Source: Reclinomonas americana ATCC 50394
Lineage: Eukaryota
Direction of reading: 5' to 3'
Length of the DNA: 64,000 bases
Assembly: GCA_048213135.1 (NCBI GenBank)
Contig: PS015297.1
Coordinates: forward strand, 15,410 to 79,409
A model generated the notes under the pieces. The model saw only the letters and a program-made list of their open reading frames with translations, did no database searches and had not been told where the DNA came from. Positions 57,632 to 64,000 of this stretch are shown one piece after another. The position numbers were made by a program, and so were the translations under genes. Within the stretch, counting starts at the first letter, position 1. Each line of letters starts with the position of its first letter.

Positions 57632-59346
57632 TCTCTCTCTCTCTCCTCTCTACCTCTCTCCTCTCCTCTCGTCTACTTCCTTTCCTTCTCTTACTTCTCT
57701 CGTCTCTCCTCCTCCTCCTCCTCCTCCTCCTCCTCCTCCTCCTCCTCCTCCTCCTCCTCCTCCTCCTCCTCCTCCTCCTCCTCCTCCTCCTCCTCCTCCT
57801 CCTCCTCTTCCTCCTCCTCTCTCTCTCTCTCACTGATCGCTGCCACCACCCAGGCCGACAACAACGCCGTTCGCTCGGTGACCTCTGATCGGACGACGTC
57901 CACCTTGGTGGACAACAGCACCAACTTGAATGGCTCGCCTGCGCTTGACAGTGTGTTCAATGTCGCCTTCGATTCGTCGTCGCAGAGTGTGTACTTTATC
58001 TCGTACAACACGCACACCATTCGGTACGTGTGATTGTGTGAATTCGCCCATCGACTGTATTTCGGATGTTCACTTGGTGGTCGGTGTATGTAGTCGCATC
58101 AAGAATGACGGAACTGGCGCGATGGTGTTCTGCGGACAGCACAATACGAGCGGAACAACCAATGGTGACTGTGGGACGGCCACGTTCACTCAGCCGTCTT
58201 CAATTGCGGTGGACCAGGCACGAAATGTGCTGTACGTTGGCTCCGGTACTAACATGGTCATTCGGCAAATCGATTTGGCTTCGAACCAAGTGACGACAAT
58301 TGCGGGCACTGGGGCGACTGGATCGGCGGACGGGTCTGCGCTGAGCGCGACGTTTCAGTCGACGATTAGCGTGGTTCTGGATGTCACGCGCGACGTGTTG
58401 TACGTTGGCGAACGCAACAACGGAAGTATCCGCCAACTTGACCTGTCGAGCGCGAACGTCTCGACCATTGTCAATGGACCGAGTGGCACTGTGAATGGCT
58501 CGCTTGCAAGTGCGCGATTCCAGTATGCGGTAAGCGATTCTCATCCATTTTGTGTTGGCTGATCTATGCTGTGACTCAACAGCAATCGATCTGACACTGT
58601 TCTGTTTGTGCAGTTCGGCATGGTCGTCAACGGTAATCGGTTGTACGTCACCGGTGAGCTGAGCAGAATGAAGAGGAGAGTGAGTAATCCATTGGTTGTG
58701 TAGTGCATCTGACGATGGTCTTTTGTGCAGACTTTTCCGGGAGTGTGATACATGTTATCAAGTTTCAACCATCGTCTACGCGGCTCACGGCATCGCCGAG
58801 CACCACCGGGGCCACCACTTCGGTGTCGGTATCCAAGGCTGTCTCGCAGCTCAACAGCGGAGCGACGTACTATTACCGTGCGGTGACCGTGCTCTCCGAC
58901 TCGACGGTGTTGAATGGGTCGACGCTGTCGTTCACAAGTGCGTCTCCGCCGAGCTTGTACATTTACTCGTGNNNNNNNNNNNNNNNNNNNNNNNNNNNNN
59001 NNNNNNNNNNNNNNNNNNNNNNNNNNNNNNNNNNNNNNNNNNNNNNNNNNNNNNNNNNNNNNNNNNNNNNNNNNNNNNNNNNNNNNNNNNNNNNNNNNNN
59101 NNNNNNNNNNNNNNNNNNNNNNNNNNNNNNNNNNNNNNNNNNNNNNNNNNNNNNNNNNNNNNNNNNNNNNNNNNNNNNNNNNNNNNNNNNNNNNNNNNNN
59201 NNNNNNNNNNNNNNNNNNNNNNNNNNNNNNNNNNNNNNNNNNNNNNNNNNNNNNNNNNNNNNNNNNNNNNNNNNNNNNNNNNNNNNNNNNNNNNNNNNNN
59301 NNNNNNNNNNNNNNNNNNNNNNNNTTGTGTAATACTTCTTCCTCTC

Positions 59347-59397
<51 letters not shown>

Positions 59398-59848
59398 CTT
59401 CTCGTGGATTCAACAGCTGCACTTGCGACGAGCAGCGCGGCGACTGCAGTGGCGACTTACACGGCGACTGTGAATGGGTCTATCACGAACAACTCGGGTG
59501 CCACTAGCAGCAACTTTTTCGAACTGGCGCGATCGAGCAGCGACTTCACGACTGTGTCATCGGTGACGACATATGCTGGTACCCTGAACACTCCTGGAAC
59601 TACCAATGGCCCACGCGCGAGTGCACTATTCAATGATCCGCGAGTTACGTCTCGACTGCCATTGCTGGCAGTTGTGTACGACCATGAATGATGTTTCTCC
59701 TGACACATGTGACGCATCGTGATGTGCTGGCACTGCAGGCTATTGTTGGCGACTCTGAGGGCAGTTTGTATCTGGTGGAATCAGGGTTGCGTGCTCGTGT
59801 CGTTTCGTGTTCGGCGAAGCTGTCGGTTTGTACGCTTACTGTCTTGCT

Positions 59849-59926
<78 letters not shown>

Positions 59927-61243
59927 TGTGTTGTTCTGTTCTCTCGAGTAGCAATAGCTGCATTCGATACATTGATGCGTCGTCCGGCATGGTGTCGACG
60001 TTTGCCGGCGTGTGTGGTGCAAGTGGTGCACTGGTGGATGGCGCGGCGTCTACGGCGCGGTTCAACAGGTGCGTGCGGGTTTGTGGTATCTGAAATCATT
60101 TCATTTGACTGACATGATGCCGATAATGCTTTGTGCTCGTGTGCAGTCCACGAGGCATCGCCATTGATCTGGAGTCGAGCACGCTGTTTGTTGCTGATGT
60201 GCGTGGGTTCATTATCTTCACATGCTTGCTTTCTCTCTCTTACAAACACTATGTACACGGCGTGCACTCTCCATTCCTGTCTCACCATCCTGTCGCTTTG
60301 GGACTTGGGATTCCCTTCGTTGCTGCATGATTTGTTCACCTCTGCTTGACTGAAGGTGTTGGCTATCAGTGTCTCTGTGAGCTCACTCTTCTTTCACCAC
60401 AGACCGCAAACAACGCACTTCGACGAGTGTCATCGACTGGGTACACGACGACGCTGGTCACAAGCAGTAGCGCCTCACCGGCTCCAGACTTCATCTACAG
60501 CGTTGTTTACGATGCGAGCAACCAGGTGTTGTACTTTTCCGAATTCAACCAACATACTGTGCGGTGAGTGGCGCGTGGAAAGTGAGCATGGTGCAATAGA
60601 GGAAAGATGTGACTTATGTATTACTGAGTTGCTCGGATAATAGTAGTATTTACCAGGTTGACTGCCTTCGTTGTGACTTTCGTTTTGTGGTAGTCTTCTT
60701 CCATTTTCTTTTTGCTGATGTGTCATTTGCATTTGCTGACTCTTGTTTGCTACCGGTCACAGGCGTGTGAACGTCGACGGCTCGTCCATCACCCTGCTGT
60801 GCGGTCAGTATGGTACTTCTGGTGCTGATGACGGCGACTGCTCGACTACTACACCAACTTTCAACGAACCCGCGGGACTGGTACTCGATCTGTCGGTCAA
60901 TATGCTATACGTGGGATCGAAGAGCGGACGCAAGGTTAGGCAGCTGGACTTGGCGGCGAGTCCCATCCAGCTTGGCACTCTTGTTGGCCAAAATACCAGT
61001 GGGTTCATCGTGGGTGCCGCTGCCGCTGCCCTGTTTGTGGAACCGCGCTCGCTATATCTGGACGAAGTGCGACGGATTCTGTACATTGGGGATTCTTCAG
61101 TGGGCATCAAGCAGCTCGATCTCACCACCATGATCGTGTCTGCTCTCACAATGCCTGCACTGGGTGCTCTCCCTGTCGATGGGCCAATGACAGATGCGAT
61201 TGTTGCCACACCGGTGCGTGTATACTGTGCTGAGTGTGTGTTG

Positions 61244-61275
<32 letters not shown>

Positions 61276-61339
61276 NNNNNNNNNNNNNNNNNNNNCGTAC
61301 GTACGTACGTACGTACGTACGTACGTACGTACGTACGTA

Positions 61340-61378
<39 letters not shown>

Positions 61379-61386
61379 TCGTCGTC

Positions 61387-61475
<89 letters not shown>

Positions 61476-63218
61476 TCTCTCTCGCGTGTTCGTTTGTCAA
61501 GTGCATTTGAATGCATGTGCGCGTGTATTTTTGCTTGCTTGTCTTTGAATGCTGTGCGCTTTCCCACCCGTGCACTGGCTGATTGCCGCATTGCGTGTTG
61601 CAATTTGTGTCACTTATCTGCTCAATTTTGCAGCATGGCATGTACTTGGCGCAAGGCAATCAACTCTATGTTACCGGTGAGTTGGGAAGTTCTTTTCTTG
61701 CACTTGATAGATAATGGAAACTGTGCGACTCATTGTGTTTCATTTGTATCAGAGTTTTCCGGTTTGACTGGAGTCGGTCACACGGTTCGATTGATCACGT
61801 TGCAGCCTGGGGAGTGCCGAATCACTGGTGGTCCATCGACGAGCGCGTCAGGATCGACCAGCAGCATCAGTGATGCACTGTCGCAGCTGACGCCTGGATC
61901 CGTCAGCTATTTCCGTGCAGTGACTGTGCTGTCGGATTCGACCGTGGTGGTTGGATCGACGCTGTCGTTCACGACGAGTTGCGTTGGCGATTGAGTGGTT
62001 CTCCTCTTGACTGTCATGGTTTCTGAATCCACTTCGCCTCGTCTTAGATGTTGCACCGTCCGTGACAAGCTTTTCGCCGAGCAGCATTATTGCGGAGACG
62101 AGTGGCGCGCAAATTGTGTTGACGGGCACGGCGTTGCAGGCAGCAGATGTAGTACAAGTGCAGATGGGAGCGGACTGCACGGGTGGCGGCACAGCACTGT
62201 CGTCGGTGTCTGTGACCGGGGATGGAATGACGAAGACGGTGCAGACGAACAGCCTGTCTCTGGCAGTGGGATCGTATGTTTTGTGGTGCGTTTTGTGACG
62301 GAGAGGAAGCAAGAGTGTGACAGTGAAGGAGTGCCGGAGATAGAAAGAAATGGGAAGGCGCGATGTACGAATGTTAGTGCCTGTTTCCCTGCGGTTTAGA
62401 AGAGAAAGGGAGCGAGCATAGGCGAATCATCGAATTTGATAGTTGTTGTTAGTAGTGGGTGTAGCTGTTCTCTAGAGTGTTTGTTTGTAAGCAATTGTGG
62501 TCTATGGAAAGTCATGGGAGAAAGATGAATGAGGGGCAGTTTGAAGGCTGGTATCGAGCCGAGTCGATATGAAACTGACTGCTTGATCTCAACAGCATCC
62601 AGTTTGGAGGAACGGGACTGTGGAGCACTGTGCCGGGGACGTTGTCTGTAGGTGAGCGTGTGTTGCGTGCGAGTTTGTGTATGCGCGCGTTTGCGTGCGA
62701 GTGTGTTTGTGCTTGTCAGACTATACAAGGCTCACGCTACTGTTGATGTTCGGCGCATGCAGTACCGTCTGCGGACTCGTACACACCGGCGAGCATCACG
62801 AGCGAGACGACGGGACAGAGTGTGACGGTGACCGGCCATGGTCTCACGGCCAGTGACGACGTGAAGCTTGTGTCTGGAACTGGGTGCTCTGGATCGCCGT
62901 CGTACAGCATGACGAGTGGATCGCTGGGCGGGTCAGCGGGTGCACGGACGTTGACGGTGACGACAAGTGATGTGAATCTGACGCCGGCGGGACAGTATTC
63001 TGTGTGGTATGTTTGCACCATGGGTGGTGGTTGTGGGTTGTTCTTGTCTCTTTGCACATACTGCTCTTGCTTGGAAAGGAAAAGTCGCATTGCCACTAAC
63101 TTGATGTGGTTGTGTGTGTGTGTGTTTTTCTTCGTGTTCTGTGTCCGACAACCATGCAGCTATCGATTCAACGGCACGGCGTCGTATGTGCAAGTGACAT
63201 CGACGCTGGTGACAGTCA
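54679..63218 (+). CDS. Large secreted/surface protein: signal peptide, two (FN3-like + NHL propeller) modules and at least two IPT/Ig-like domains; 3' end missing
   Basis: Signal peptide MRLLTLSCVLLALLCAACIVSVAH. NHL motifs such as FTQPSSIAVDQARNVLYVG and IRQIDLASNQVTTIAGTG; FN3-like LNSGATYYYRAV…LSFT; IPT-like PSVTSFSPSSI and PSADSYTPASI. More than 20 exons in frame, then the model runs into an N gap. Confidence 0.88.
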
Positions 63219-63522
63219 GTTTCGTCATTGTATGGAAGCGGGGAGAGAGAGAAAGAGAAAGAGAGAGAGGGAGAGAGAAANNNNNNNNNNNNNNNNNNNN
63301 NNNNNNNNNNNNNNNNNNNNNNNNNNNNNNNNNNNNNNNNNNNNNNNNNNNNNNNNNNNNNNNNNNNNNNNNNNNNNNNNNNNNNNNNNNNNNNNNNNNN
63401 NNNNNNNNNNNNNNNNNNNNNNNNNNNNNNNNNNNNNNNNNNNNNNNNNNNNNNNNNNNNNNNNNNNNNNNNNNNNNNNNNNNNNNNNNNNNNNNNNNNN
63501 NNNNNNNNNNNNNNNNNNNNNN

Positions 63523-64000
63523 AACGTACAATCGATTGCCGGTGACAAGGAAGCCATACTGAACACAAAACAACGATGAGAGATACGGTGGTCACCCGCA
63601 CTTGAGACATATCAACCGAAATAAAACAGTGCTTACCGGATTCGGTATCCGCGCATTTGCAAGTGAACCGTACCGAAGACCGCCGCCCGAGAGGATAGTC
63701 GACACAGTCATACTCGATAGGTCGAGCTGCCGAATTCTGTTTAGTGAGCCTTCGCTAATGTACAACACATCGCGGTTGGCGTCGAAGCCAATATAGGGTG
63801 TCTGGAAGAATCTTGCGCTGAGTGCAGATCCGTCTGTCGATCCAGTGCTGCCAGTGCCCGCAATCGTCGTCACTTGATTCGTGGCAAGGTCAATTTGTCG
63901 AATTACCGGAGATAGTCCAGAAGAGCCCACATACAGCACATTGCGTGTTTGATCCAATGCAAGCGACATCGGGAGGTTGAACTTGGCTTGCGTCACACAA
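63523..64000 (-). CDS. Internal exons of a paralogous NHL-repeat module in the opposite orientation (partial)
   Basis: …FNLPMSLALDQTRNVLYVG…IRQIDLATNQVTTIAGTG…NARIPNP|gtaagc, then YGFLVTGNRLYV. Exon structure matches 58094-58653. Confidence 0.85.

Noticed and set aside
61296-61390. (CGTA)n and (GTC)n runs, also at ~11886-11935
   Set aside because: Both lie at or near N gaps and follow the TACG pyrosequencing flow order, so they are probably read-end artefacts.

Overview
Eukaryotic draft-assembly window from a microsatellite-rich, intron-dense flagellated protist; the taxon cannot be determined from the sequence. It has many N gaps, and (TACG)n runs beside gaps suggest pyrosequencing reads. 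Most long ORFs in the supplied track are simple-repeat artefacts, so genes were rebuilt by hand from GT-AG introns and reading-frame continuity. Genes in order: 5' part of axonemal dynein light chain 1 (-); RING/TRAF/C2HC zinc-finger protein (+); polyQ nuclear protein (-); bacterial-type D-Ala-D-Ala dipeptidase with a probable spliced targeting peptide (-); two convergent WD40 genes, one with HET-E-like homogenised repeats; a decayed 3.1-kb TIR transposon with a 6-bp TSD; FYVE-PH protein (+); membrane-anchored RNI-like LRR protein (+); a large protein with one-exon-per-repeat units and a calflagin-like EF-hand domain (-); a head-to-head pair of MORN paralogues; a large secreted FN3/NHL/IPT protein (+); and a fragment of its paralogue (-). 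The most striking signal is the 5' splice sites. At least 16 frame-supported introns, out of roughly 100, begin GTT-R-M-G-Y (mostly GTTGCGT). This is the ordinary donor GTGCGT/GTGAGT displaced by one base, a class that is rare in well-studied eukaryotes. All gene models are manual and have no transcript support.
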